Assembly: GCF_018350175.1 (NCBI RefSeq)
Contig: NC_058369.1
Span: 9,612,001 to 9,676,000 of the forward strand
Source: Felis catus
Taxonomy: Eukaryota
Length of the DNA: 64,000 bases
Direction of reading: 5' to 3'
The notes beneath the pieces are model-generated. The model made no database searches. It was not told the origin of the DNA and saw only the letters and a program-made list of their open reading frames with translations. This document shows positions 50,825 through 63,347 of this stretch, piece by piece (the first letter of the stretch is position 1; each line of letters starts with the position of its first letter). Made by a program: the position numbers and the translations under genes.

Positions 50825-51323
50825 GGGGCGCCTGGGTGGCGCAGTCGGTTAAGCGTCCGACTTCAGCCAGGTCACGATCTCGCGGTCCGGGAGTTCGAGC
50901 CCCGCGTCGGGCTCTGGGCTGATGGCTCAGAGCCCGGAGCCTGTTTCCGATTCTGTGTCTCCCTCTCTCTCTGCCCCTCCCCCGTTCATGCTCTGTCTCT
51001 CTCTGTCCCAAAATAAATAAACGTTGAAAAAAAAATTAATAAAAAAAATAAAATAAATAAAATAAAATAAAATTTAAAAAAAATAAAAAAAGAATTGACA
51101 TTCTTTGGGGTGCCTGGGTGGCTCAGGCGGTTAAGCGTCTGACTTCAGCTCAGGTCACGATCTCACGGCTCACGAGTTCGAGCCCCGAGTCGGGCTCTGT
51201 GCTGATGGCTCAGAGCCTGGAGCCTGCTTCGGATCCCGTGTCTCCCTCTCTCTGCCCCTCCCCCGCTCACGCTCTGTCTCTCTCTTTCTCTCTCAAAAAT
51301 AAGTAAACATTAAAAAAAAAAAA
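50825..51323 (+). mobile_element. Two tandem CanSINEs sharing a thrice-repeated target site aagaattgacattc
   Basis: Site copies at about 50809, 51090 and 51322. Confidence 0.9.
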
Positions 51324-51809
51324 AGAATTGACATTCCTTATAGAGAGCTGGGGTGCTGGTAGGATGACACCCTAGGGAATGGGTACCAGGAAAATTTTTA
51401 CCAGCCCAGGAGGCTCACGAGGAAGCTTGTCTCTTCCCTGTACGTTAACATATATTTAAAATAATACCCTGTGTGGGCTAGGATGTGGGAAGGTGGGCAT
51501 CAATTTACTCTGTAGTGGACACATACATCGTTATAAACTTTGGGGAGAGCAACGTGGTGATTAAATATTACATATGATTTTAAAATCGAAACACGCATGC
51601 TTATATTTATTTGGGATTTTTGGAAGTAGGTAACAGAAATTAACTAAAGGCAGTGTAAGCCTTTACGATGATAAAGGGGAAATAACGCAAGATAACGCGA
51701 GATCAAGTCTCAGATGGGCAGAGGAACCAGGACCAGTCATCAGAAAGCCATCGGTACCCTGCAGAGCCTCCACGTGTCTTTGGCCATCGGAGGTCAAGAT
51801 TAGGAGCCT

Positions 51810-52615
51810 TCACTATTATCAAAAAGACAAGGGATCACAAGTGTTGGCAAGGATGGGGAGAAAAGAGAACACAATGTCCGTGGGAATATAAATCGGTAGA
51901 AAATGTCCATATTATTATGGTTAATAGCATGGAGGGGCCTCAAAAAATTAAAAAGAGAACTACCATATGATCCAGCAGTCCCGCTTCCGGATACATATCG
52001 GAGAGAAAGGAAATCTGGACCTTAAAGAGATATCTGCATTATTAATTGCCGCATTATTCACAATGGCCAAGATAAGGAAACCACCTAACTGTCTGTCAAC
52101 TGGTGAATAGATTTAAAATAAAAAGGGGCGCCTGGGTGGCGCAGTCGGTTAAGCGTCCCACTTCAGCCAGGTCACGATCTCGCGGTCCGTGAGTTCGAGC
52201 CCCGCGTCGGGCTCTGGGCTGATGGCTCGGAGCCCGGAGCCTGCTTCCGATTCTGTGTCTCCCTCTCTCTCTGCCCCTCTCCCGTTCATGCTCTGTCTCT
52301 CTCTGTCCCAAAAATAAAATAAAATAAAATAAATAAATAAAATAAATAAAATAAAATGATGCAATTGGGGGCGCCTGGGTGGCTCAGTCAGTTAAGCGGC
52401 TGACTTCGGCTCAGGTCATGATCTCGCGGTTTGTGAGTTCGAGCCCCGCGTCGGGCTCTGGGCTGATGGCTCGGAGCCCGGAGCCTGCTTCCGATTCTGT
52501 GTCTCCCTCTCTCTCTGCCCCTCTCCCGTTCATGCTCTGTCTCTCTCTGTCCCAAAAATAAATAAAAACGTTGAAAAAAAATTAAAAATAAAATAAAATA
52601 AAATAAAAAAATAAA
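51810..52615 (+). mobile_element. Old L1M fragment (51810-52110) followed by two CanSINEs (52125-52355, 52367-52615)
   Basis: caagtgttggcaaggatg...gaactaccatatgatccagca; SINEC motifs. Confidence 0.85.
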
Positions 52616-53289
52616 GCGGGGTGGGTGGGGGGGAAGTGGCCTGAAATCTGTGACAGTAGCCGTTAAGTTTTATTGTGGAAACTTTAGAAAAAAGGCTTCC
52701 CCGCTGTAATATCGTTTCCGTAGGCTGCAAAATCAACTTCTGCGCATGATGCTGGAAATCCCGGCGACCAGGCAGTTAAGGGGCTAAGATGTAAACCAGA
52801 TTCGGAAGTCAGGAGTATAGAAGTGATAGCTCCAAAAGGCCTGGTGAGCTCCCCTAGGGAGTTCGGGGAGGAATCAGAGTAGAGGACGGGCAGGCGGATG
52901 CGGAAGGATGGGAAAACAGAGCCGCCAAGGACAGCCAAGGTCAGCGGGGACCGAGCGGCATCTCGAGAGCCGTGGGCTGGCCCAGGTCCAAGGCAGGAGG
53001 ATCTCCAGTGCCAAGTGGTAAGAGTGGTCAAGGAAGTTAGCGCTGAAAATTAGCCCCGGGCTTGAGCAGAGAGGAGGGCAGCAGCGACCTTGGCCAGAAC
53101 GATTTGAGAGGCCTGGTGGGTCGGGAGGCAAGGTTTGGGGCGAACGGAAAGGAGGAAGCAGAACCTCTCAAAGTGCTTGGCTGCAAACCTGAACCCAGCG
53201 CGCCCGGTTGCCCCAGCGTTGTTATGACAACCAGGTGAGCCGAAGGTGGGGAGTGCTCTGTTCTTCAAGGAGGCGGATGTATAACATTT

Positions 53290-53680
53290 TTTTAGTAAGG
53301 TATAATTCATCTCCCGCCAGATCCACCCTTTGTTACGCACCGTTGTGGGAGCTTTGACGAATACACATCGTCACGGAGCCATCGTCAAAATCAAGGTATA
53401 GCACAGCTCCATCACCTCAAAGGGTTCCTTCCCAACGCTTTGTAATTAATCCCTTCTTGCACCCTCAGCCCCTGGCGATCATTGGCCTATTTTCGGTCCC
53501 TATAGTTTTGCCGTCCCCGGGGGGGGGGGGGGGGGTCCTATAAATGGGAGCATACAGCCTGTGGCCGTTTGGGTCTGGCTTCTTTCACTCACTCAGCGTA
53601 ATGCATCGGAGACTCATCCCTGCTGTCGTGTCCCTCCGTATTTTATTCTGTTTTATTGCTGAATAGCATCCCGTTGTGGG
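53290..53680 (-). mobile_element. Old L1M 3' fragment
   Basis: cagcccctggcgatcattg...tatagttttgcc...gtctggcttctttcactc. Confidence 0.7.
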
Positions 53681-53764
53681 TGAAGGCACCTTGGACGCCG
53701 TGAAACACTGTAGACAATCAGGACTGACTATTCTTGGCATAATATTTACAGGCAGGAGCGGGGT

Positions 53765-54380
53765 GTGGGTCCTACTTTGGGCTTCCCTCAAAGACAGTCC
53801 TACACACTGTGCAGTGAAGGTTGTTCATCGTAGAGGTAGCTCCAGGAGACCCAGGAGGGGACCGGCAAGCGAGGCAGGGCAGGAAGGCAGCCAGTGCCGA
53901 GGGCACTCTAGGGAAGTCACCTCGGTGGGCAACTGGAAGTCGGTTCTGCTGGGGGCCTCTGGGAGGTGGCAGAGATCAGAGACCTCAGAGTTGTGCAGCT
54001 ACGGGGTGAGCGAGCCGGGGTATCTGGCCACGGCCACTCATAGAAGGCATTCTCTCCCTGGTGCTTCTAGAATGACTGTATTGCTACTCAAGGCACCTAC
54101 GACCGAGCAGATACACAGGCAGATCGTGAACTCTCTCTTTCTTGAGCTGTAAACATCAAATTTTTTTTTATTTTTTTAACGTTTATTTATTTTTGAGACA
54201 GAGAGAGACAGAGCATGAACAGGGGAGGAGCAGAGAGAGAGGGAGACACAGAATCGGAAACAGGCTCCGGGCTCTGAGCCGGCAGCACAGAGCCCGACAC
54301 GGGGCTCGAACTCACGGACCGCGAGATCGTGACCTGAGCCGAAGTCGGCCGCTTAACCGACCGAGCCACCCAGGCGCCCC
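53765..54380 (-). mobile_element. ERVL-type LTR relic (53765-54070) and CanSINE (54160-54380)
   Basis: gggcttccctcaaagacag...gggcaactgga...ctgggggcctctggg; SINEC motifs. Confidence 0.55.
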
Positions 54381-54929
54381 TAAACGTCAGATATTTTTAT
54401 AGCTACTCAACATGTTTCGCATGAAGACCTTTTAAATCGTCTCTGTGTCCTCTAACTGGGCTTGTCACTCACAGCTGATGTTGCTAACTTTATCCTCTCT
54501 CCATATAGGGTCCCAGGGGCTATTTTTGGATTTGCGAGTCAGGCACGCATACCCCAAGTATGCGTGTTCGTGTCGTAATTTACCTGTCTCTGTGGGAAAA
54601 CAGTGTCATTTTCCCTTTTTTCTCCCGCCTTGCTGGGCCTACCTCTGACTCCCATCTGGCAGCTTTCTTGTTTGTATCAATTTTCGTGACTATCTTCCAC
54701 GAACCGCGTGTTTTCCCCAATACTCACAAATACATCATTTTACTTAACCTGCATGGTGACAGTAGGAGGCCAGAACGGACCTCCCGTGTCTTCAACATTT
54801 TTCAGATGAAGAAAATGAGACTCGGGCTTTTTAAAAATCACTTAAGTTTCCACTTCGCCATTTAGGAAGCTTCTGGTTGTGAATAACTAAAATCTCACGC
54901 TGAATTGACCGTTAAAGAGAACACTGGCT

Positions 54930-55945
54930 GCTATAAACTGAATTATGCCCGCCCCCTAAAAATCACATGTGAAAGCCCTAAGCCCTGATGTGGCTGTATT
55001 CAGAGAAAGGGCTTTGAGGAGGCGATAAAGGTTAAATTAGGTCATAAGGGTGGGGCCCTAATCCAATAAGACGGGTGTCCTTATAAGAAAAGGAAGAGGG
55101 GTGCCTGGGTGGTTCAGTTGGTTAAGCATCGGGACTCTTGGTTTCGGCTCAGGTCATGATCTCATGGTTCATGAGTTCAAGCCTCGCCTCAGGCTCCGCG
55201 TTGATCGCGCAAAGTCTGCTTGGGATTCTCTCTCTCCTTCTCTCTCTGCCCCTCCCCTGCTCATTCTCTGCCTCTCTCTCTCTCTCTCTCTCTCTCAAAA
55301 TAAATAAATAAACTTAAAAAAAATTTTTTAAATAAAAGAAAAGGAAGAGAGAAAGACCTCTCTGTCTCTGTGTGTGTACACCGAGGAAAGGCCACAGTGA
55401 GGGCCAAGTGAGAATATGGTTGTCTGTGAGCCAGGAAGACAGCTCTGGAGAAAGAAAAGGGCAGGGCAGGGCAGGGCAGGGAAGAAACCGAATCTCAAGG
55501 GAAGGGAAGGGAAGGGAAGGGGAGGGGAGGGGAGGGGAGGGGAGGGAAGGGAAAGGAAGGGGAGGGGAGGGGAGGGGAGGGGAGGGAAGGGAAAGGAAGG
55601 GGAGGGGAGGGGAGGGGAGGGGAGGGAAGGGAAGGGAAGGGAAGGGAAGGGAAGGGAAGGAAAGGAAAGGAAAGGAAAGGAAAGGAAAGGAAAGGGAAGA
55701 AACCAAATCTCCTGGAATCTTGATCTCGGACTTCTAGCCTCCACTAATGAAACAAATAAATTTCATGAGGTGTCCGGCTGGCTCAGTCAGAAGAGCATGT
55801 GACTCTTGATCTCGGGGTCATGAGTTTGAGCCCCACGTTGGGTGTAGAGATTACCAAATAAATAAATAAATAAATAAATACGAAAGAAATTTCTATTGTT
55901 GCAATCACCCAGTCAAGGGTATTTGGTTATAGTGGCCCAAGATAC
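54930..55945. mobile_element. MLT1 LTR interrupted by CanSINEs (55098-55335, 55768-55880) and a purine microsatellite
   Basis: gataaaggttaaattaggtcataagggtggggccctaatccaat...ccttataagaa; atcttgatctcggacttctagcctcc. Confidence 0.8.
55497..55697 (+). repeat. Compound (GGGAA)/(GGGGA)/(GGAAA)n pentamer tract
   Basis: About 200 nt of pure purine on the + strand. Confidence 0.95.
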
Positions 55946-56029
55946 ATATATTTGTTATATAATAAATATAACAAATGAAAAGTAGGGTAGGTTTCCAAGA
56001 GAGAGGTGATATGCCAGCTCAGCGTTTCT

Positions 56030-57102
56030 TTTTTCTTGTTTTTTTTTTTATTAAAAATGTTTTTTAATGTTTCTTTATTTTTGAGAGGCTGAGACAGACA
56101 GACAGACGGTGAGCGGAGGAGGGGCAGAGAGAGAGGGAGGCACAGAATCCGAAGCAGGCTCCGGGCTCCGAGCTGTCGGCACAGAGCCCGACGTGGGGCT
56201 CGAACCCACAAGCCATGACCTGAGCCAAAGTCGGATGCTCAACCGACTGAGCCACCCAAGCGCCCCTCTTCCTCTTCTAATAAGGGCCCTAGTCCTGTGG
56301 GTTTAGGGCCCACCCTTCTGACCTCATTTAACCCTAATTACTTCTTTAAAGACCGCATCTCCACCTACAGTCACATCCAGGATGAGGGCTTCAACATACC
56401 CGTTTGGGGAGGACACAGCTCAGCTCGGAACAGCGGGCGAGCCATGGTTCCCCCAAGTCTTCGAACTCACTGAACAGACGATTCGAAGAAATGTGAGCCC
56501 CTCGACATACGAATTCGGGAGGAGGCACACAATTCAGCCGAGAACACCATGATTTCATTTTATTTTCACTTTGTTTTATTGGGGTTTTTTTTTAGTATTA
56601 TTTATTTCTTTTTGAGAGAGAGCACGACTGAGCAAGGGGCAGAGAGAAGGAGAGAGAGAGAGAATGGGAAAGAGAGTGTGGAGCCCGACTCGGGGCTCGA
56701 ACTCACGAAGCGTGAGATCCTGACCTGAGCTGAGTCAGATGCTCGACCAACTGCCCCACCCAGGAACCCCCATGATTTTGTTCATTGAACCATGCTTGAA
56801 AAGGCATTTGCTGGAGGAACTAAAAACTGACCTATAACCTTCTAGATAATCCCAATGAGGTGTGTGTGTGTGTGTGTGTGTGTGTGGCCATAGAATTCAA
56901 ACAGTACAGGGCTACCCGAATGGCTCAGTCGGTTAAGCATCTGGAGACTCTTAATTTTGGCCCAGGTCATGATCTCAGGGTCATGGGATCAAATCTCGCA
57001 TCGGGCTCCACGCCAAGCATGGCACCTGCTTAAGATTCTCTCCCTCCCTCTCCCTCTGCCCTTCCCCTGCCGTAAATAAATAAAAATAAATAAATAAATA
57101 AA
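56030..57102. mobile_element. CanSINEs (56030-56267 -, 56585-56770 -, 56909-57102 +), an MLT1 fragment (56270-56430) and (TG)n at 56860-56886
   Basis: SINEC and MaLR motifs. Confidence 0.85.
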
Positions 57103-57442
57103 TTCAAACAGTACAAAGAAATCTCAAAAGGAAAGGGAAAATCTTGCCTCACCTTTAATTCTCTCATTACAGAGAATGCATTTATTAGGAGACCAGGATA
57201 GGCTGCTGTAACAGCGAGGTCCCGCGGTAGATATGCCCTAGTGAAAACAGTGTCTGTTTCTCTTCCGCAAACACTCCGGAGAGGGAAGTCCTGGTTCATG
57301 GTGACCTGCCACTGAGGAAAAAAATGAGGAAAACAGAGGTAAAAGCACTTTGGCATCTGGCAAAGATCCAATGCAATTGAATATCCTTCCTTTGCCACTG
57401 TACGTATATCTCCCTTCCCTCTGATTATTGAAGCCTGGTGCC

Positions 57443-57770
57443 TTGTCTTAAATGGGATCCTCTGGAAGCAGAGCCTGAGACAAGGATTCAAGGTCAAGTC
57501 GTTTATTTGAGAGATGCATTAGTCGGGTCACGAAACAGGGAAAGGAAGGAGGCCGATACAGTCGGGTTAGTGAACAGGTTGATTCCACTGGGAAATTTTG
57601 GGAGACAGTGTAGAACACGGACCTCAGTGTTCTTGCACCAGAGGGGTGAGGGAACTGGGGTATTATCCTCTATGCATCACTGGATGAGGGCAGCTCTTGG
57701 GGGTGTCTACTCTCCCCCACATCTAGCTACTCCCCTAGGTGATCAGAAAGCCCTCAGGCTGAGTCAAAAG
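57443..57770 (-). mobile_element. ERVL-type LTR relic (LTR33/LTR16-like)
   Basis: tgtcttaaatgggatcctctggaagcagagcctgagacaaggattcaagg...tttatttgagag. Confidence 0.55.
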
Positions 57771-58099
57771 CCATTGATGTGTATAAGAAAGTTGAAACCC
57801 AAGGCGATATGGGCAGCCCACCCACTGTGTCAGTACTCAGTAAATATTCGTGGACTGAGGGGTTAATCCCGCAGGATTCCTTTACTCCTTGTAAACGCGC
57901 AGAGCCACAGTGATGTTAGAAACGGTACGGCCACGGGTTTTTTTCCCTGATCAAAATCGGGACGTGCATAATCGATCTTACATTGGGCAGTTGAGAAATC
58001 AGAGGCTTTGCGGCTTGGGGCGGAAGCACGCGGCCGGGGAGGCCGTGTGTGTGCGTGTGTGTGTGTGTGTGCGCGCGTTTCACGCAATTGTATCCCACG

Positions 58100-58755
58100 C
58101 GTAGATCTGTAGAACCTCCGTCACAATCAAGAAACCAGTAAGGCTCCTTCTCCACGAAAGAACCCCCTCCTGCTAACCCTTTGGAGCCACAAACTTCCCT
58201 TCCTTCACCCTTGGCAACCGCTAATCTGTTCCACATCTCTATAATTTTGTCACCTCAAGACTGTTATATGAATGGAATCACTCCACACGTGGCCTTTGGA
58301 GATTGGCTCTTTTCACTGTGCATAATGCCTTGAAATCCAGCCCAGTCCTTGTGAGGGTCCATAGTTTGTTCCTTTCTACGGCCGAATAGGATTCCACCTG
58401 CGGGGGGGGGGGGGGGGTGAGGGAAGGGACTTTTTAATCCTAGGTTGGCACACTCTCAAAGACCATCCACCCTTCAGGGGACGGCCCCATCGCTGTTAAA
58501 AATGGTTAGCCTACAACTACAGTGTTTCTAAAAGGGCTGTGTCGTATCCCTTAGATATGCTGGGGGGTGAATAGGAGGGGAGGAGAGAAGGACAAAAACC
58601 TTTGCGTTTGGTTTTTAAATTTTTTTAATGCTCATTTATTTTGAGAGGGCGCGCACGCATAGGCGAGCCCAGGCCGGGCAGAGAGAGAGAGGGAGAAAAG
58701 AGAATCCCAAGTAAGGCTCCGCACGGTCAGCACAGAGCCCGATGCGGGGCTCGCT
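58100..58755 (-). mobile_element. Old L1M 3' fragment (58100-58400) and CanSINE (58610-58755)
   Basis: ccttggcaaccgctaatctgtt...tatatgaatggaatca. Confidence 0.75.
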
Positions 58756-59094
58756 TCGGGGCAATATCTGTGATGTGAGAGCGACAGGAAGGAAGAAACG
58801 CTTCCCTGAAGGGCTGTATCCATGACTGCTGGGAGTTGTACATAAATCTGTATACGGCGTCTGGGTTTTTTTTTTTCTTCCCTCGTCCTGGGAACTCAGC
58901 CCCGCGGTGAGGGGTTACGTGGTCAGAGAGAACTTGAACCTCGCTGCCCCGGAGACCACGTTTCTCACTCACTGGGGAAAGCGGAGTTTACAGGAGGATT
59001 TCCTAAGGCGATAAGGCACCTGCCCGCGGGCGAACCCAGGTACCCGATCAACAGGCAGGGAATCGTGGGAATTTCCTGGGATTGACAAACAGAA

Positions 59095-60130
59095 AGGGAG
59101 CCTTGGGATCTGATGCTGCGATTTCAAAGAAGAAATACGCTTATTTGTTCTCGGTCCCCGTTTCGGGCCTAGAGCTCCTAAATCCTGAGGAAGGTCTTAG
59201 GATAAGCACCGATCAAGGTGTCTTTTGTTATGTTAATGAGTTGACTTGGTGGGGGGGAGCACTTAAGGGTGGGGGCTGGTTGCTAGGGCAGCCAACCGTG
59301 TGATCAGTGGGTTGAGCTCTCAGTCCCACCCTCCAACCTCCGCAGAAGGAAGAGGCTGGAAATGGAGTTCAGTCATCAATAGCTAATGAGTTATTCAATC
59401 ACCCCTGTGTCACGCGGTTTCCATAAAACGCAAAAGAATGGGGTTGCCAGAGCTTCCGGGTTGGTGAGCCAGAAGGCTTCCAGACTCCGTGGGGACAGAA
59501 GCTCCTTTATTTGGGACCTCGCCCTATGTATCTCCCTTCCCCCGGCTGTTGATTCATACCCTTTAATACTCTTTGTAATAACCAGTAATCTAGTGAGGAA
59601 AGCTATTTCCTGAGCACTGAGAGATACTTTGGCACATTAATCAAAGGAGGGGGGGTCACAGGAACTCCTGATTTATACTCAGTCGGTCAGAAGCACGGGT
59701 ACCGGGGCGCCTGGGTGGCTCAGTCGGTTAAGCGTCCGACTTCGGCTCAGGTCATGATCTCGCGGTCCGTGGGTTCGAGCCCCGCGTCGGGCTCTGTGCT
59801 GACCGCTCAGGGCCTGGAGCCTGTTTCAGATTCTGTGTCTCCCTCTTTCTCTGACCCTCCCCTGTTCATGCTCTCTCTCTGTCTCAAAAATAAATAAATG
59901 TTAAAAAAAAAAAAGAGAGAGAGAGAGAGAAGCATCGGTACCAACCTGAGGCTGCAAAGGATATCTGGGGTGGGGGCGATCTTGGGGCACAGAGCCCTTA
60001 ATCTGTGGCATCGCGTGCTGTCTCCAGGTGGCAAATGTCAGAATTGAGTTTAATTGTAGGCCACCCAGCTGGCATCGTAGAATTGCTCGGAGATGTGAGG
60101 GGAACCCGCGCCCTGATACTGGTATCGGAA
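59095..60130 (+). mobile_element. LTR relic (MER21-like) interrupted by a CanSINE (59704-59930)
   Basis: tgtcttttgttatgttaatgag...agcttccgggttggtgag...gggacctcgccctatgtatctc...gtcagaattgagtttaattgtagg. Confidence 0.6.
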
Positions 60131-60189
60131 TCATCAGGATCAAAACGTTTCTTTGGAGAGAGGCCTTCTCTACCTCCTCATTTTATAAG

Positions 60190-60359
60190 ATTTTTTTTTT
60201 AAGTTTATATATTTATTTTAAGAGGGAGAGAATCCCAAGCAGGCCCCGCACCATCCGCGTGAAGCCCGACGTGGGGCTCGAAACCGCCAACCGAGAGATC
60301 ACGACCCGAGCGGAAACAGGGAGACGGATGCTCAACCCACTGAGCCGCCCAGGCACCCC
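60190..60359 (-). mobile_element. CanSINE
   Basis: SINEC consensus. Confidence 0.85.
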
Positions 60360-61919
60360 ACTACCTTCTCCTTCTAAACCAGGCCCCCGGCTCTGCTCCG
60401 GAGGCCTCTCCCTTCCGAGAAACTATCACCATTTGCAATCACGCCCCGCTTTTGCCCTCCCCGAAGGTGAGCGGCGTGGGTCAGAGAGCATGTGGTCTCT
60501 GTTCATGGCTGTGTCCCCAGCAGCATCCCCCAGAAACTAGTCATACGTATCCACAGAACAAACGAACTCACCAACTGAACGCACACTTCCTGGCTTGCTG
60601 TGGTTTCTGATTTCATGAAATCATTAACCGACCATCCCGGTTGGCCCCGGACAGAAGGAGTTCCTGGCATCCACACCAGCAGTGCCAACACCAGGAAGGT
60701 CCGTGGCAAACCAGGGCGATGGCTCACCCTTTCGTAAGGAGCTGGGTGACAGCACGGTAACTCCTCGAGCCTCGTTCCTAACTCAGGAGAGACGCTCCCC
60801 AAGAGGGGGGCACCCACGGCTTTTCCCAGAGCGATCTCCACGCAGCCATGGAAGCTTCCTTGGGGATTTGGTTCTTCATACTCTTGACAAGTCCCGTCGC
60901 TCAGTCTTGCCGGGTGGGAGGCCTGTGGGTCCAAATCCGGGTTTGGGGAAGCATCCCTCGGGAGCGGGTTTGCCAGGAGCTGGGGCCATCGCTGACCGAG
61001 GACCCCTCCGCCTCTTCTCTCTGAGTGAGAGTCCCAGACTCCCTGACCCTTACCGAAGCTCAGCGTCCCCACTGGGATGCTGGTGGCGTCCCCGTCCATG
61101 AGCGCCCTCTCCCGCTCACACCGCTTTTTCCTGCAAGGGGAGATCCCCGGCGGGGTTGACATCCTCAACGGCGTTCCCAAGAATGCACCCTTTCCTGGCT
61201 CTGATTCTGCAACAGGAGGCACCTCCCCAGTGTTGTCATCGCATTGTGTCCCCGAGCAGGGTGGCCTGGGGCCTCAGTCTCCCAACGTCTCAGGAAAATA
61301 GCTTTCTCTTCACGTCCACACGTAGCCTCGGAACCTGTTCAAGGCTCCTTCTGGGACCAGCACCCAGGCCACCCCTCCCCCCTTTTCTCCCTGCGTGCCA
61401 GATGGGTGAGCGCCAACAGCCTCTCTCTCCCTCCCGTGAAACTCTGGAGCCCGGGTGCAGAGCCACACGGCAAGGACACTCAGGGCCCCTTGTCCGGGAG
61501 AGACGGCTGCTGAGAAAACGAGACAGGGGGTCGCACCCACCTCAGGAGGCACCACCTCGTCTCAGCTCAACTTTGGCAAACTCTGGGGAGACCAAACCTC
61601 TACTTCGTGAGTTTTCCTTTTGTATGAGGATCAATGATCTTTCTTTCCTGTTGTGCTTTCCCTCTACATCCTCCTGAAGCAAAGCTTCCCTTCACCGTAC
61701 GTTATGGTCACCTGGAGAACAGAGGGACCACCCCCCCTCCCCCCTGCTCAGAGTTTGATTTTGATGTTGAAACTGATCAAGGTGTGGCGCCCACATGCCG
61801 AGGGGGGGATGAGAAAAAAGGGCTTATGACTCACATAATTGAGGTCTCCGGGGAGAGCAGGGGCGGCCCTCTCAGGCGGCTTTGAAATGGTTTGAGAGCA
61901 AAGAAACGTGGCTGACTTT

Positions 61920-62227
61920 CATCAAAAGGACAAAAGATAACATGGTGGCGAGGACGTGAAAAAGGTGACCCTTGGGCGCCGTTGTGGGGAATGTAAGTTG
62001 GAAAAGCTATTGGAGAAACCAGAAACGGAGATTCCTCGCGCTATTAAAAATAGAACCACTGGGGCGCCTGGGGGGCTCAGTGGGTTGAGCGTCAGGCTCT
62101 CGGTTTCCGCTCCGGTCATGATTTCACGGTTCGTGAGTTCGAGCCCCACATCGGGCTCGGAGCTGACAGTGCGGAGCCTGCTTGGGGGGGTCTCTCTGTC
62201 CCTCTCTCTCTGCCCCTCCCCTGCTCC

Positions 62228-62266
<39 letters not shown>

Positions 62267-63311
62267 CTTCTCTCATAAATAAATACATAAATAGATAGAT
62301 AGATAAAATAGAACTACCATAGAACTACCTATCTGTACCCTCATGTCCATTGTAGGGTTGTTCACAATAGCCAGGACTTGAAAACAACTGAAATGTCCAT
62401 CCGCAGATGAGTTTTTTGAGGAACGCCCACCTAGATTTGTGTGTCCAGGCAAGCACTGTCTCTAAAAAGCTCCATAAGCAGGGGCACCTGGATGGCTCCG
62501 TTGATTAAGCGTCTGACTTCGGCTCAAGTCATGATCTCACAGTCTGTGGGTTCGAGCCCCGCGCCGGGCTCTGTGCTGACAGCTCGGAGCCTGGAGCCTG
62601 CTTCGGAGTCTGCGTCTCCCTCTCTCTCTGGCCCTCCCCCACTCACACTGTGTGTCTGTCTCTCTCAGAAATAAAGAAAAATTAAAAAAAAAAAAATGTT
62701 TAGATCTCTGTGAGTGACGTGGATACGCAGCCAGGGAATCTCCCTGTCACTTGAGGGTATACTCCTGCCTCTGGGAGGGGCATTCCTAGAGGAGTGCACT
62801 GGGCTCCTGCCCCTTTGGGGAGATACATGCTGACATTGAACCCCATCAGTGAAAAGCGGACAGGGCTTACCATGCAAACATGAGGGGTCGGAGAAAACAG
62901 TGGGTGAGGGATTCAAGCTTTACCCAAAAGAAGACCTCTCCCTCGAATGCGTCCTTGATGCAGAACAGCTATTTTGATGGGCTTTTTAAAAAAAAAATGG
63001 AATCGAGGGGCGCCTGCGTGGCTCAGTCTGTTGAACGTTGGACTCTTGATTTCAGCTCAGGTCACGATCCCAGGGTCATGGGATTGAGCCCCATGTCAGA
63101 CCCCATGCTGGACACAGAGCCTGCCTATGATTTTCTCTCCCTCCCTCTGCCCCTCTCCCCTGCTCACATGCTCTCTCTCTCTCTCACTCTCTCTCTCAAT
63201 TTAAAAAATATAAAGTTTTAAAAATGGAATTGAGAAGTACGAGTGAGAATTGCCATGTTTTGCCCACTGCAGCATATCCTGGGTCAAATTGTGTACCTCC
63301 CTAGGAAAAAA

Positions 63312-63347
<36 letters not shown>

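Noticed and set aside
60503..61677. Overlapping 139-239 aa ORFs in a unique GC-rich stretch
   Set aside because: No domain similarity or exon signals recognised
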